Part shown: piece after piece, positions 10,869 through 19,447 of the stretch | How the letters are laid out: each line of letters begins with the position of its first letter | How positions within the stretch are numbered: position 1 is the first letter of the stretch | Source of the DNA: Pseudodesulfovibrio mercurii | GTDB lineage: Bacteria > Desulfobacterota > Desulfovibrionia > Desulfovibrionales > Desulfovibrionaceae | Reading direction: 5' to 3' | NCBI RefSeq assembly: GCF_000189295.2 | Contig: NC_016803.1 | Coordinates: forward strand, 1,830,001-1,862,000 | Length of the DNA stretch: 32,000 nucleotides | Notes under the pieces: model-generated | What the model saw: the letters and a program-made list of their open reading frames with translations, nothing else | Database searches by the model: none | What the model was told of the DNA's origin: nothing | Translations under genes and position numbers: made by a program

Positions 10869-12107
10869 TTATCCGGCGAACCGTTTGAACAGGACGCAGG
10901 CGTTGGTGCCGCCGAAGCCGAAGGAGTTGGACAGGGCGTATTCGGCCTGCATCTCCCGCGGTCCGTCGGCGCAGACGTCGAGGTCGCATTCGGGGTCCGG
11001 GTTGTCGCGGTTCATGGTGCCGGGGATGATGCCCTCGGCCAGAGTCTTGACCGCGAAGACCGCTTCCACGCCGCCCGCCGCGCCGAGCAGGTGCCCGATC
11101 TGGGACTTGTTGGCGCAGATCTTGATGTCGTAGGCGTGGTCGCCGAAAACCTTCTTGATGGCCCGGGTCTCGCAGAGGTCGTTCAGATAGGTGGAGGTCC
11201 CGTGGGCGTTGATGTGGTCGATGGCCGAGGGATCGACCTTGGCCTCGCGCAGGGCGGCGGCCATGGCGTAGGCCATGCCGGAGCCGTCCTCGGGCGGGGC
11301 GGTCATGTGGTAGGCGTCGCCGGACGCGCCGTAGCCGACCACTTCGGCCAGAATCCTGGCGCCGCGCGCCCGGGCATGCTCCAGGGACTCCAGGAGCAGC
11401 AGGCCGCAGCCCTCGCCCATGACGAAGCCGGAGCGGTCCTTGTCGAAGGGACGCGAGGCCTTTTCGGGCTCGTCGTTGCGCACGGACAACGCCTTCATGG
11501 CGTTGAACCCGGCCACAGCCAGGTGGGAAATGGTCGATTCGGCCCCGCCGCAGATCATGGCGTCCACGCGGCCCATGGCGATGTCCGTATAGGCCGTGCC
11601 GATGCCGTGGGTGCCGGAGGCGCAGGCCGTGGTGGTGCAGATGTTCGGCCCCATGGCGCCGGTCTCGATGGACACCTGCCCGGCGGCCATGTTGGCGATG
11701 ATGATGGGGATGAAGAAGGGCGACACCTTTTTGGGGCCGCGCTTCAGCAGCTTCTCGTGGCATTCCTCGATGCTTTCGAGGCCGCCGAGGCCGACGCCGA
11801 TGATGGTCCCGACGCGGGGGCGCTCCTCCTCGGGAATGGTCCAGCCCGCATCCTGAAGGAGCATGCGCGAGGCGGCCACCGCGTACTGGGTGAACGTCTC
11901 CATGCGCTTGACTTCCTTCTTGCCGATGTACTGCTCGGGATCGAATCCCTTGACCTCGCCCGCGATGGTCGTGGCGTAGTCCGTGGTGTCGAACTTGGTG
12001 ATCTGGCCGATGCCGGATTTTCCGGCCAGGAGGTTCTGCCAGCTGGTCTCGACGTCATTGCCAAGCGGCGTGACGGCGGCAACACTGGTAACAACTACCC
12101 TGTTCAT
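10869..12107 (-). CDS. fabF: 3-oxoacyl-ACP synthase II
   Basis: 412-aa ORF with active-site Cys context CTTTACASGTHGIG, His motifs HMTAP and NAHGTSTYLND, and C-terminal NSFGFGGTNA. Confidence 0.97.
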   Translation of the reverse strand: MNRVVVTSVAAVTPLGNDVETSWQNLLAGKSGIGQITKFDTTDYATTIAGEVKGFDPEQYIGKKEVKRMETFTQYAVAASRMLLQDAGWTIPEEERPRVGTIIGVGLGGLESIEECHEKLLKRGPKKVSPFFIPIIIANMAAGQVSIETGAMGPNICTTTACASGTHGIGTAYTDIAMGRVDAMICGGAESTISHLAVAGFNAMKALSVRNDEPEKASRPFDKDRSGFVMGEGCGLLLLESLEHARARGARILAEVVGYGASGDAYHMTAPPEDGSGMAYAMAAALREAKVDPSAIDHINAHGTSTYLNDLCETRAIKKVFGDHAYDIKICANKSQIGHLLGAAGGVEAVFAVKTLAEGIIPGTMNRDNPDPECDLDVCADGPREMQAEYALSNSFGFGGTNACVLFKRFAG

Positions 12108-12132
12108 AGTACCTGCCCGTTAAATCTATTTT

Positions 12133-12180
12133 GTACAACAAAAGGAGCGTCTTACACCGCCATGGTGCGTAAGACGCTCA
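12133..12180 (-). terminator. Hairpin plus T-rich tract between acpP and fabF (partial terminator or processing site)
   Basis: 11-bp arms GAGCGTCTTAC/GTAAGACGCTC (12145-12155 and 12169-12179). On the minus strand they are followed by CTTTTGTTGT. Confidence 0.5.
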
Positions 12181-12209
12181 CAATGATATGGACGTTGGTT
12201 CCGTCAAGC

Positions 12210-12443
12210 CTACAGGGCCTTTTCGATGTGCGAAATGGCGTCGCCGACCTTGAGGATCTTCTGGGCCTCTTCGTCATCGATCTCCAGGTCGAATTCCTCT
12301 TCCATGGCCATGATCAGTTCGGTCAGGTCCAGGGAATCGGCGCCCAGGTCTTCGACAAACGCGGCGCTCTCGACGACTTCGTCTTCGGACACACCCAGCT
12401 GATCCACGATGATCTCTTTCACTTTCGTTGCTACGTCGGACAT
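12210..12443 (-). CDS. acpP: Acyl carrier protein
   Basis: ATG 12443 preceded by GGAGGA. 77 aa. Phosphopantetheine attachment motif [19 protein letters not shown]. Confidence 0.97.
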   Translation of the reverse strand: MSDVATKVKEIIVDQLGVSEDEVVESAAFVEDLGADSLDLTELIMAMEEEFDLEIDDEEAQKILKVGDAISHIEKAL

Positions 12444-12479
12444 GATTTCCTCCACTACACAAATGAGTTTTTTTCTTGA

Positions 12480-13223
12480 TTACATGTACATGCCGCCATT
12501 CACGCCCAGCACCTGGCCGGTGATGTACCCGGCTCCGGGGCCGGCCAGGAAGGAGACGGCGGCCGCGATATCCCCGGACTGCCCGAGGGTTTTTAATGGA
12601 ATTTGTTCGAGCATGGCTTCGACCACCTTTTCGGGCAGTGCCGCAGTCATGTCGGTCTCGATGAAGCCCGGGGCCACGGCGTTGACCGTGATGTTGCGCC
12701 CGGCCAGTTCGCGGGCGGCGGACTTGGTCAGGCCGATGAGGCCCGCCTTGGCCGCGGCGTAGTTGGCCTGGCCCGCGTTGCCCATCTGGCCGACCACGGA
12801 GGTGATGTTGACGATCCGGCCGAAGCGCTGCCGGCCCATGATCTTGGACGCCTCCTTGAGGAAGACGAAGCAGCCGGTCAGGTTGATCTCGATGACCTTG
12901 TCCCAGTCCTCGTCCTTCATGCGCATCATCAGGCCGTCGCGGGTGATGCCCGCGTTGTTGACCAGGACCGCGAGCTCGACCTTGCCCTTGATCTCGTCGG
13001 CGAAGAAGGCGGCCACGGCCTCGCGGTCGCCGGAATCGAGCTGGAAGGCGCGGGCCTTGCCGCCCGCCGCCTCGATGGTCTTGACCACTTCCTCGGCGGC
13101 CTCGGGACGGCTCACGTAGGTCAGATAGACCTCGAAGCCGTCGGCGGCCAGCCTCTCGGCCACGGTGCGGCCGATGCCTCGGGAACCGCCCGTAACCAGG
13201 GCGACATTGGGAAGATCGCTCAT
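12480..13223 (-). CDS. fabG: 3-oxoacyl-ACP reductase
   Basis: ATG 13223 preceded by GAGGG. SDR motifs TGGSRGIGR, NNAG and YAAAKAG. Lies between fabH and acpP. Confidence 0.95.
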   Translation of the reverse strand: MSDLPNVALVTGGSRGIGRTVAERLAADGFEVYLTYVSRPEAAEEVVKTIEAAGGKARAFQLDSGDREAVAAFFADEIKGKVELAVLVNNAGITRDGLMMRMKDEDWDKVIEINLTGCFVFLKEASKIMGRQRFGRIVNITSVVGQMGNAGQANYAAAKAGLIGLTKSAARELAGRNITVNAVAPGFIETDMTAALPEKVVEAMLEQIPLKTLGQSGDIAAAVSFLAGPGAGYITGQVLGVNGGMYM

Positions 13224-13260
13224 CGAATACCCTCGTGTCGTTCGCTTGTGGTCAGGACCC

Positions 13261-13288
13261 AATATACCAATTGGTCACGGACTGCAAA
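13261..13288 (-). promoter_or_regulatory. Candidate internal promoter for fabG-acpP-fabF with an operator-like palindrome
   Basis: Minus strand reads TTTGCA, a 16-nt spacer, then TATATT. The 10-bp perfect palindrome ACCAATTGGT (13266-13275) abuts the -10 element. Confidence 0.35.
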
Positions 13289-13364
13289 TTGGCCTTCGGA
13301 TCGTAACCAGAAAGTTTATTCCCCATCCGCCCGCAAAAAGCAAACAAACAGGTGTTTCAAAATC

Positions 13365-14351
13365 CTAGAACCGAATCAGGGCCGCGCCCCAGGTGAACCC
13401 CCCGCCGAAGGCCGGGATGAGGACCAGGTTGCCCGGCTTGATGAAACCGGTGTGCACGGCTTCGGCCAGGGCCACGGGGATGGCCGAGGCGGAGGTGTTG
13501 CCGTACTTGTGGATGTTGGAAAAGACGCGTTCCTCGGGGATGTCGAAACGGCGGCCCACGGCGTCGATGATGCGGTAGTTGGCCTGGTGCGGCAGGAGCA
13601 CGTCCACGTCGGACTTCGCGAGCCCGTTGCGTTCGAGGATGGCCTCGGAGATGTCGGTCATGCTGCGCACGGCGTGCTTGAAGACCTCGCGGCCCTGGAA
13701 CTCGACGAAATATTCCGGCCCAACGGCCTCGCCCAGCTTGTAGGAGTAGGCCGAGCCGCCGCCGTTGACCGTGAGCAGGTCGCCGAGGGACCCGTCGGCG
13801 GCGAGCATGATGTCCAGGACCTCGGGGCCGTCGCCGGGCTCGCCGGCGGTCAGGACCGCCGCCCCGGAGGCGTCGCCGAACAGGACGCAGGTGGCCCGGT
13901 CCTCCCAGTTCATACGCCGGGTGACGACCTCGCTGGCGACCACCAGGATCTTGGCCTTGGGCTCCAGGCAGAGCAGGCCGCGCGCGGTCTGCAGGGCGTA
14001 CAGGAAGCCGGAGCAGGCGGCGGCCACGTCCATGCACATCTGCCCGGTGATGCCGAACTTCTCCTGCAACCGGCAGGCGGCGGACGGGATCATGGAGTCC
14101 GGAGTGAAGGTGGCGCAGAGGATGTGGGTCAGCTCCGAGGGGTCGATGCCCGCCTCGGCCAGGGCCTGCTTGGAGGACTCGAAGGCCATGTCGGAAGAGG
14201 CCTCGCCCTCGGCGGCCACGTGCCGTTCCTTGATCCCGGTGCGGGTGGTGATCCACTCGTCCGAGGTGTCTACGATCTTTTCAAGATCGGCGTTGGTCAG
14301 GACCTTTTCAGGTGCGTACAGGCCAAAGCCGCGAAGGATGAAACTGGTCAT
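13365..14351 (-). CDS. fabH: 3-oxoacyl-ACP synthase III
   Basis: 328 aa. Motifs: TSDEWITTRTGIKERH, catalytic Cys context AAACSGF, HQANYRI, GNTSASAIP. Confidence 0.96.
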   Translation of the reverse strand: MTSFILRGFGLYAPEKVLTNADLEKIVDTSDEWITTRTGIKERHVAAEGEASSDMAFESSKQALAEAGIDPSELTHILCATFTPDSMIPSAACRLQEKFGITGQMCMDVAAACSGFLYALQTARGLLCLEPKAKILVVASEVVTRRMNWEDRATCVLFGDASGAAVLTAGEPGDGPEVLDIMLAADGSLGDLLTVNGGGSAYSYKLGEAVGPEYFVEFQGREVFKHAVRSMTDISEAILERNGLAKSDVDVLLPHQANYRIIDAVGRRFDIPEERVFSNIHKYGNTSASAIPVALAEAVHTGFIKPGNLVLIPAFGGGFTWGAALIRF

Positions 14352-14429
14352 GGGATGGGTGTTTATGCCAATGGTAAGGCGCGGTCAAGCTGCGCAAGAT
14401 TTTTCACATCCCGCGGGGTGCGGGAGGCG

Positions 14430-15479
14430 TCAGGCCGCGTTCCTGTCGGGCTTGGCGGCCAGTTCCTTGTGGGCGGCCAGCCCCTCGGCCAGGTGGCCGT
14501 GGACATTGTTGCGCACGCTGGTGGCGGCCATACGGATGCAGTTGGTCACGGCCAGTTCGTTGGACTTGCCGTGGGCCACGATGACGATGTCGCGCAGGCC
14601 GAGCAGGGGCGCTCCGCCGTATTCGGCGTAGTCCACGAGCTTCTTGAACCGCTTGAACGCCCCGAAGGAGAGCAGCGTGCCGAGCATGGACAGCCAGCTC
14701 GACTTGAGTTCGTCCTTGAGGATGCGGCTCAGGGAGCGGGCCAGCCCCTCGGAGAGCTTCAGGGCCACGTTGCCCACAAAGCCGTCGCAGACCACGATGT
14801 CCACCTCGCCGGTGAAGATGTCGCGGCCCTCGACGTTGCCGATGAAACGCAGTTGGGAGCGCTTGAAGAGCTCGAAACCCTCGCGCACGGCGGCGTTGCC
14901 CTTGCCCTCCTCCTCGCCGATGGACAGGATGCCCACGGACGGGTTGTCGAAGCCCAGGACGTGCCGGGCCAGGACGTCGGCCATGAGGCCGAACTGGAGC
15001 AGGTGCTGGGGCTTGGAGTCCACGTTGGCCCCCACGTCGATGAGCACCACGGGCTTCTTCTCGGTGGGCATGATGCCCGCCAGGGCCGGGCGCAGGACGC
15101 CGGGAATGCGGCCCAGGACGAACATGCCGCAGGCCACGGTGGCCCCGGAATGTCCGGCCGAGACCACGCCGTGGGCGCGGCCTTCCTTGACCAGGCGGCA
15201 GGCCACCTGGATGGAGGAGTCCTTCTTGCGTCTGAGCGCGTCGGCGGGCTTGTCGTCCATCTCGACCACCTGGGAGGCATGGACGATCTCGATGTCCAGC
15301 CCCTTGGCGTCGAGCTTGTCCAGCTCGGCCCGGACGCGCTCCTCGTCGCCGACGAGCACGATGGAGATGCCTTCGCGCGCGGCGGCCACCGCGGCGGGCA
15401 CAACGATGCGGGGCCCGTAATCGCCCCCCATGGCGTCCACGGCGATGCGCGGCGCCAGAATCGGCTCGTTGCTAGGCAT
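14430..15479 (-). CDS. plsX: Phosphate acyltransferase PlsX
   Basis: 349 aa with [12 protein letters not shown] and VSAGHSGA motifs. The start overlaps the rpmF stop by 8 nt (ATGCCTAG), which suggests translational coupling. Confidence 0.96.
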   Translation of the reverse strand: MPSNEPILAPRIAVDAMGGDYGPRIVVPAAVAAAREGISIVLVGDEERVRAELDKLDAKGLDIEIVHASQVVEMDDKPADALRRKKDSSIQVACRLVKEGRAHGVVSAGHSGATVACGMFVLGRIPGVLRPALAGIMPTEKKPVVLIDVGANVDSKPQHLLQFGLMADVLARHVLGFDNPSVGILSIGEEEGKGNAAVREGFELFKRSQLRFIGNVEGRDIFTGEVDIVVCDGFVGNVALKLSEGLARSLSRILKDELKSSWLSMLGTLLSFGAFKRFKKLVDYAEYGGAPLLGLRDIVIVAHGKSNELAVTNCIRMAATSVRNNVHGHLAEGLAAHKELAAKPDRNAA

Positions 15480-15651
15480 CTTCGCCGTCGATCACCTGAC
15501 GGCCCTTGTAGGTGCCGCAGACGGAACAGGCGCGATGGGGCAGAGTGGGTTCACCGCACTCGCAGTAGATGACGTTCGGAGTGGCGACCTTGTCGTGGGC
15601 GCGGCGCATTCCCTTGCGGGACTTGGACGTTCTTTTCTTGGGGACAGCCAT
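15472..15651 (-). CDS. rpmF: 50S ribosomal protein L32
   Basis: ATG 15651. Begins [21 protein letters not shown] and has a Cys-pair zinc-ribbon pattern. The longer ORF-track start is unlikely. Confidence 0.95.
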   Translation of the reverse strand: MAVPKKRTSKSRKGMRRAHDKVATPNVIYCECGEPTLPHRACSVCGTYKGRQVIDGEDA

Positions 15652-15717
15652 GATATATACCTCGTATTGATTTGTTCTCAACCATATGCCGCGAAGCATG
15701 ACTCCGGGCAAGGGGCG

Positions 15718-16239
15718 TTACTTTATCTTCAAGTCGCGGAAAACCGCAAGCCTTTCGTCGCCCTCTTCCGGCTGGCAGGTGCACTGGCCGGTATTGAGGT
15801 TGGCGCCGCAGCCGGGGCAGATGCCCGCGCACTCCTCGGAGCACAGGGGCTTGAACGGCAGGGCCAGGGCGAACTCCTCCCAGAGGATGGCGCCTATGTC
15901 GAGCTGCAGGAGGCCGTTCTCCACGCGCATGCGCGGCTCGCCATCGCTCTCCCCGCCGTCGGGCAGTTGCTCGAAGGCGTCGAACTGCGCCTCGATGGCG
16001 TAGTCGAAATACTCGGCGCAGCGGTCGCAGGCGAGCTGCACGGAGCCGGTGAGCGTGCCGCGCACCAGGGCCCCGTCGTCGGACTGGGGCAGGACCGAAA
16101 ACTCGGCCACCAGGTCGCGGCCGGGCCTGAGGTCCAGCTTGAACCGACGCCACGCATCGCGCCAGAAGTCCTGATCGTCGAAGGTGAAGTCCTTGCCCTC
16201 TGCGGCAATATCGCTGATCGTCAGCCAGTTCTCGACCAT
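15718..16239 (-). CDS. yceD: YceD/DUF177 family protein (large-subunit rRNA accumulation protein)
   Basis: ATG 16239 with GGAG 6 nt upstream; GTG 16257 is the alternative. C-terminal Cys cluster CSEECAGICPGCGANLNTGQCTC. Conserved position upstream of rpmF. Confidence 0.85.
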   Translation of the reverse strand: MVENWLTISDIAAEGKDFTFDDQDFWRDAWRRFKLDLRPGRDLVAEFSVLPQSDDGALVRGTLTGSVQLACDRCAEYFDYAIEAQFDAFEQLPDGGESDGEPRMRVENGLLQLDIGAILWEEFALALPFKPLCSEECAGICPGCGANLNTGQCTCQPEEGDERLAVFRDLKIK

Positions 16240-16289
16240 GATGTTCTCCGTGTTCACCGCCCGGCTCCGAGGCCGGACAACCGGTGCTT

Positions 16290-16317
16290 CCTATATGGTA
16301 ATAAAATCCCCTGTCAA
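16290..16317 (-). promoter_or_regulatory. Candidate sigma-70 promoter of the yceD-rpmF-plsX-fab operon
   Basis: Minus strand reads TTGACA (16317-16312), a 16-nt spacer, then TATAGG (16295-16290), about 45 nt upstream of the yceD ATG. Confidence 0.5.
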
Positions 16318-16450
16318 GAAAAAAACCCTTGCCATTTGTCGCGGGGCTCGGTAAGGATTCTCTCCCGCCGCTCGGAGAAGCTACCATGATCCGGCGACGC
16401 TGAACAAACGAAAACGAACTATTTCCTTAAGAATACACCAGGAGGTCGCA

Positions 16451-16666
16451 ATGTCCCAGGTTTGCGATATTTGTGGAAAGGGTCCCCAGACCGGCAACAA
16501 CGTCAGCCACTCCCACATCAAGACCAAGCGCCGCTTCATGCCCAATCTGCAGAAGGTGCGCCACCAGCTTGAGTCCGGCCAGGTCGTGTCCATCAAGGCC
16601 TGCACCCGCTGCATCCGCAACGGCGCCGTGGTCAAGCCCGTCGCCAACAAGACGACCGAATCCTAG
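16451..16666 (+). CDS. rpmB: 50S ribosomal protein L28
   Basis: ATG 16451 with AGGAGG upstream. Begins [34 protein letters not shown]. Confidence 0.96.
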   Translation: MSQVCDICGKGPQTGNNVSHSHIKTKRRFMPNLQKVRHQLESGQVVSIKACTRCIRNGAVVKPVANKTTES

Positions 16667-16690
16667 GCCGCCACACTTTTCGAGTGCAAG

Positions 16691-16726
16691 AAGTTGCCGC
16701 CGACACGAATCGGCGGCAACTTTTTT
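16691..16726 (+). terminator. Intrinsic terminator after rpmB
   Basis: 12-bp arms AAGTTGCCGCCG/CGGCGGCAACTT with an 8-nt loop, followed by TTTT. Confidence 0.8.
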
Positions 16727-16832
16727 GCGTCCCGTGACCGGCGCGGCCCGACGCATCGCGCCGCTCCGCCGTTCCCATCCCCGACTCGCCCGGCCCCACC
16801 TCTCCCTGTGCAGAATTTTTCCGGCCGGGGGC

Positions 16833-16852
16833 GCAAATGATTGCACATTTGC
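16833..16852. promoter_or_regulatory. Inverted repeat, candidate enhancer-binding-protein site (UAS)
   Basis: GCAAATG-ATTGCA-CATTTGC, centred about 70 bp upstream of the -24 element at 16910. Confidence 0.35.
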
Positions 16853-16909
16853 ACTTTTCCCGTCATCGCCTGTTTCAATCAACACCCTGAAATAACAGCT
16901 TAACCCATT

Positions 16910-16925
16910 TGGCACGCTCCATGCT
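16910..16925 (+). promoter_or_regulatory. Sigma-54 (-24/-12) promoter
   Basis: TGGCACG-CTCC-ATGCT. GG (16911-12) and GC (16923-24) are separated by exactly 10 nt. The -24 half matches the consensus TGGCACG. The element lies 33 nt upstream of the SHOCT gene ATG. Confidence 0.65.
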
Positions 16926-16956
16926 TTTCCCAGGGCAAACACGCTCTGGAGGCATC

Positions 16957-17250
16957 ATGGATTATTTCACTGCATTCGGGAACTGGTGTCCCGGTCCGGG
17001 ACTGTGGCACGGCGGAGGGTTCGGGGGCTGGGCCGGGTCCATGGGCATGGGCTTCGGTTTTCCCTTCGGAGGAATTATCCAGCTGTTGATCCTCGGCCTG
17101 ATCGTCTATTTCACGGTGCGCCTGTTCCGCAGACCCGCCACACACTCGGGACCGGGCACGCCGCAGGATGTCCTCAAGCGCCGCTACGCCTCCGGCGAGA
17201 TCGACCGGGAGACGTACCGCGCCATGAAGGATGAGCTCGGCAACAGCTAG
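16957..17250 (+). CDS. Small membrane protein with C-terminal SHOCT domain
   Basis: ATG 16957 with GGAGG upstream. Gly-rich N-terminus, one TM helix (IIQLLILGLIVYFTVRLF) and SHOCT-like LKRRYASGEIDRETYRAMKDEL. Confidence 0.8.
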   Translation: MDYFTAFGNWCPGPGLWHGGGFGGWAGSMGMGFGFPFGGIIQLLILGLIVYFTVRLFRRPATHSGPGTPQDVLKRRYASGEIDRETYRAMKDELGNS

Positions 17251-17272
17251 GACATACACACCTCCCCATGTA

Positions 17273-17307
17273 AAGGCCCCCGCCGGAACGTTTCCGGCGG
17301 GGGCCTT
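17273..17307. terminator. Bidirectional terminator between the SHOCT gene (+) and gltX (-)
   Basis: Perfect 16-bp arms AAGGCCCCCGCCGGAA/TTCCGGCGGGGGCCTT with a 3-nt loop. Followed by a T-rich tract (CCCTTTTCTC) on the plus strand. Confidence 0.75.
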
Positions 17308-17333
17308 CCCTTTTCTCTGGATCGGCGCGCGGC

Positions 17334-18731
17334 CTACAATTCGACCGCCCGCCGGATGCGGGCCAGGCTCTGCTCCTTGCCGAGCACGACCATGGTCTCG
17401 AACAGGCCCGGAGACTGGGTCTTGCCGGTGATGGCCACGCGGATGGGCTGGGCGATGACCTTGAATTTGATGCCCTTCTCCTCGATGAACGCCTTGTGCA
17501 GCTCCTCCAGGGCGGGCTCGGTGAACTCGGCCAAACCCTCCATGCGCTCGGCGATCTCCTCAAGCATGGGCTTGGTCTCGGCGGTCAGGAACTTCTGCAC
17601 GGCGGCCTCGTCGTAGGCCAGGAACGAGGCGTCCACGATGAACGGGCGCGCCTGTTCAAGCATATCGAGCACGGACTTGGACCGGGGCTGGAGCAGCGGC
17701 GCGATTTTGGCGAACCGGGCGCGGCTCACGGACTTGGCCTCCTCCTCGCCCACCTCGCGGGCCAGGAAGTCGCAGAGCAGCCCGGCCAGACGGTCCGGGT
17801 CCGCCTTCTGCATGTACTGGCCGTTGACCCACTCGAACTTGGTCAGGTCGAAGACCGACGGCGAGTTGCCCAGGCCGTCCGTGGTGAACAGCGCGACCAT
17901 CTCGTCCATGGTGAACAGCTCCTGGTCGCCGTGGGACCAGCCCAGCCGGGCCAGGTAGTTGGTCACGGCCTCGGGCAGGTAGCCCATCTTCTCGTACTCC
18001 ATGACCGACAGCGCGCCGTGGCGCTTGGAAAGCTTCTTCTTGTCCGGACCCAGGATCATGGGCACATGGCCGAACTCCGGCACGTCCCAGCCCAGGGCGC
18101 GGTAGATGAGGATCTGGCGCGGGGTGTTGTTGACGTGGTCGTCGCCACGCAGCACGTGGGTCACGCCCATGTCGTGATCGTCCACCACCACGGCCAGGTT
18201 GTAGGTCGGCGTTCCGTCGGAACGGCGCAGGATCATGTCGTCCAGCTCGGCGTTCTCCACCGAGATGAACCCCTTGACCATGTCCTTGTACCCGGTGGCG
18301 CCCTCCAGCGGGGCCTTCAGCCGGACCACGCCCGAGGTCAGCCCCTTGTCCCGGCAGGTGCCGTCGTACTTGGGCTTGCGGCCCTCCCGCATGGCCGTCT
18401 CGCGCATGGCGTCCACCGCCTCCTTGCTGCAGTCGCAGTAGTAGGCGTGGCCGGACGCGATCAGCTGGTCGATGACCTCGTTGTGCCGGTCGGCCCGCTC
18501 GGACTGGAAGACGATCTCGCCGTCGTGCGCCAGCCCCAGCCAGCGCATGGAATCGATGATGGCGTCCGTCGCGGCCTGCGTGGAGCGCTCGCGGTCCGTG
18601 TCCTCGATGCGCAGGCGGAACTCGCCGCCCATGGACCGGGCCAGGAGCCAGGAAAACAACGCGGTGCGCGCACCGCCGATATGCAGGAACCCCGTGGGGC
18701 TCGGCGCGAAACGGGAAACGACTTTGCTCAT
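17334..18731 (-). CDS. gltX: Glutamate--tRNA ligase
   Basis: 465 aa. HIGH motif PSPTGFLHIGGARTALF and KMSKS-type KLSKRHG. Confidence 0.97.
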   Translation of the reverse strand: MSKVVSRFAPSPTGFLHIGGARTALFSWLLARSMGGEFRLRIEDTDRERSTQAATDAIIDSMRWLGLAHDGEIVFQSERADRHNEVIDQLIASGHAYYCDCSKEAVDAMRETAMREGRKPKYDGTCRDKGLTSGVVRLKAPLEGATGYKDMVKGFISVENAELDDMILRRSDGTPTYNLAVVVDDHDMGVTHVLRGDDHVNNTPRQILIYRALGWDVPEFGHVPMILGPDKKKLSKRHGALSVMEYEKMGYLPEAVTNYLARLGWSHGDQELFTMDEMVALFTTDGLGNSPSVFDLTKFEWVNGQYMQKADPDRLAGLLCDFLAREVGEEEAKSVSRARFAKIAPLLQPRSKSVLDMLEQARPFIVDASFLAYDEAAVQKFLTAETKPMLEEIAERMEGLAEFTEPALEELHKAFIEEKGIKFKVIAQPIRVAITGKTQSPGLFETMVVLGKEQSLARIRRAVEL

Positions 18732-18732
18732 G

Positions 18733-18809
18733 AAATGCCTCCGGCGGCTTAAGAACCTTTTGAAAAAGGTTCTTGAGAATCTCCAAAACTTTTTGGCGCC
18801 GCTTCGCGG
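18733..18809 (+). repeat. Modular intergenic repeat, copy B1 (left arm, hairpin 2, right arm; hairpin 1 absent)
   Basis: AAATGCCTCCGGCGGC; CTTAAGAACCTTTT-GA-AAAAGGTTCTTGAG; AATCTCCAAAACTTTTTGGCGCCGCTTCGCGG. Starts 2 nt from the gltX start codon. Confidence 0.85.
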
Positions 18810-18862
18810 ATGGTGCGAACGCGGCGATCATTACAAATATATGGGTCGCCGACGCTCCCCGA

Positions 18863-18944
18863 GGGATGCCTCCGGCGGCCAGGGCGCTGCCCTGGACCCG
18901 CTCAAGAACCTTTTGGAAAAGGTTCTTGAGAATCTCCAAAACTT
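18863..18944 (+). repeat. Modular intergenic repeat, copy B2 (left arm, hairpins 1 and 2; right arm absent)
   Basis: From CCTCCGGCGGCC (18869) through AATCTCCAAAACTT (18944) it is identical to copy A by eye. The first bases of the left arm differ (GGGATG vs GGAATG). Includes CCAGGGC/GCCCTGG (18879-18895) and the 30-nt palindrome 18901-18930. Confidence 0.85.
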
Positions 18945-19034
18945 CTTCTGTGCCTTCGGCAGGGCCGTGCGTCGGCCCGCATCCGTGCCCCGCCCTTCGG
19001 GATGCCGGGCACCGTCCCCACGAAAACCGCTCCC

Positions 19035-19097
19035 CTTCGCGAAGCGACACAAAAAGTTTCGGGGGGAGCGGAGGGATGGGGGGCCGGGGGAGGCATC
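19035..19097 (-). repeat. Modular intergenic repeat, copy D (inverted orientation, hairpin-less, degenerate)
   Basis: Minus strand reads GATGCCTCCCCCGGCC ... GAAACTTTTTGTGTCGCTTCGCGAAGG. It shares the left-arm core and the AAACTTTTT/CGCTTCGCG right-arm blocks with copies A, B1 and C. Confidence 0.55.
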
Positions 19098-19104
19098 TTC
19101 CTTA

Positions 19105-19326
19105 CTAAACGGCTTCGACGCCCTTCACTTCGGGGATTTCCTTGAGGATGATCCGTTCGATACCGTTCTTGAGGGTCATCTGGGACATGGGGCAGCCCTT
19201 GCAGGCCCCGGTCAGGCGGACCTTGACGATGCCGTTGTCGGTGACCTCAACCAGCTCCACGTCGCCGCCGTCGCCCTGGAGCATGGGGCGGACCTTGTCG
19301 AGCACGGCTTCCACTTTCTTCTGCAT
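19105..19326 (-). CDS. NifU C-terminal-domain (Nfu-type) Fe-S cluster assembly protein
   Basis: ATG 19326 with GGAGG upstream. 73 aa. Motifs: [17 protein letters not shown] and [18 protein letters not shown] (CxxC). Confidence 0.88.
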   Translation of the reverse strand: MQKKVEAVLDKVRPMLQGDGGDVELVEVTDNGIVKVRLTGACKGCPMSQMTLKNGIERIILKEIPEVKGVEAV

Positions 19327-19360
19327 GACGAAACCTCCGTTCATTCGGGTTCGGACGGAA

Positions 19361-19389
19361 CATCTACGGCCTGGCGCGCGAGTTGTCAA
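19361..19389 (-). promoter_or_regulatory. Candidate sigma-70 promoter for the Nfu-type gene
   Basis: Minus strand reads TTGACA (19389-19384), a 17-nt spacer, then TAGATG (19366-19361), about 35 nt upstream of the ATG. Confidence 0.4.
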
Positions 19390-19447
19390 ACCCGGCGCGC
19401 GCGGCGTGTCGTTGCGGAGGATGGGGACGCGGTTTCCGGCGGCCCGG

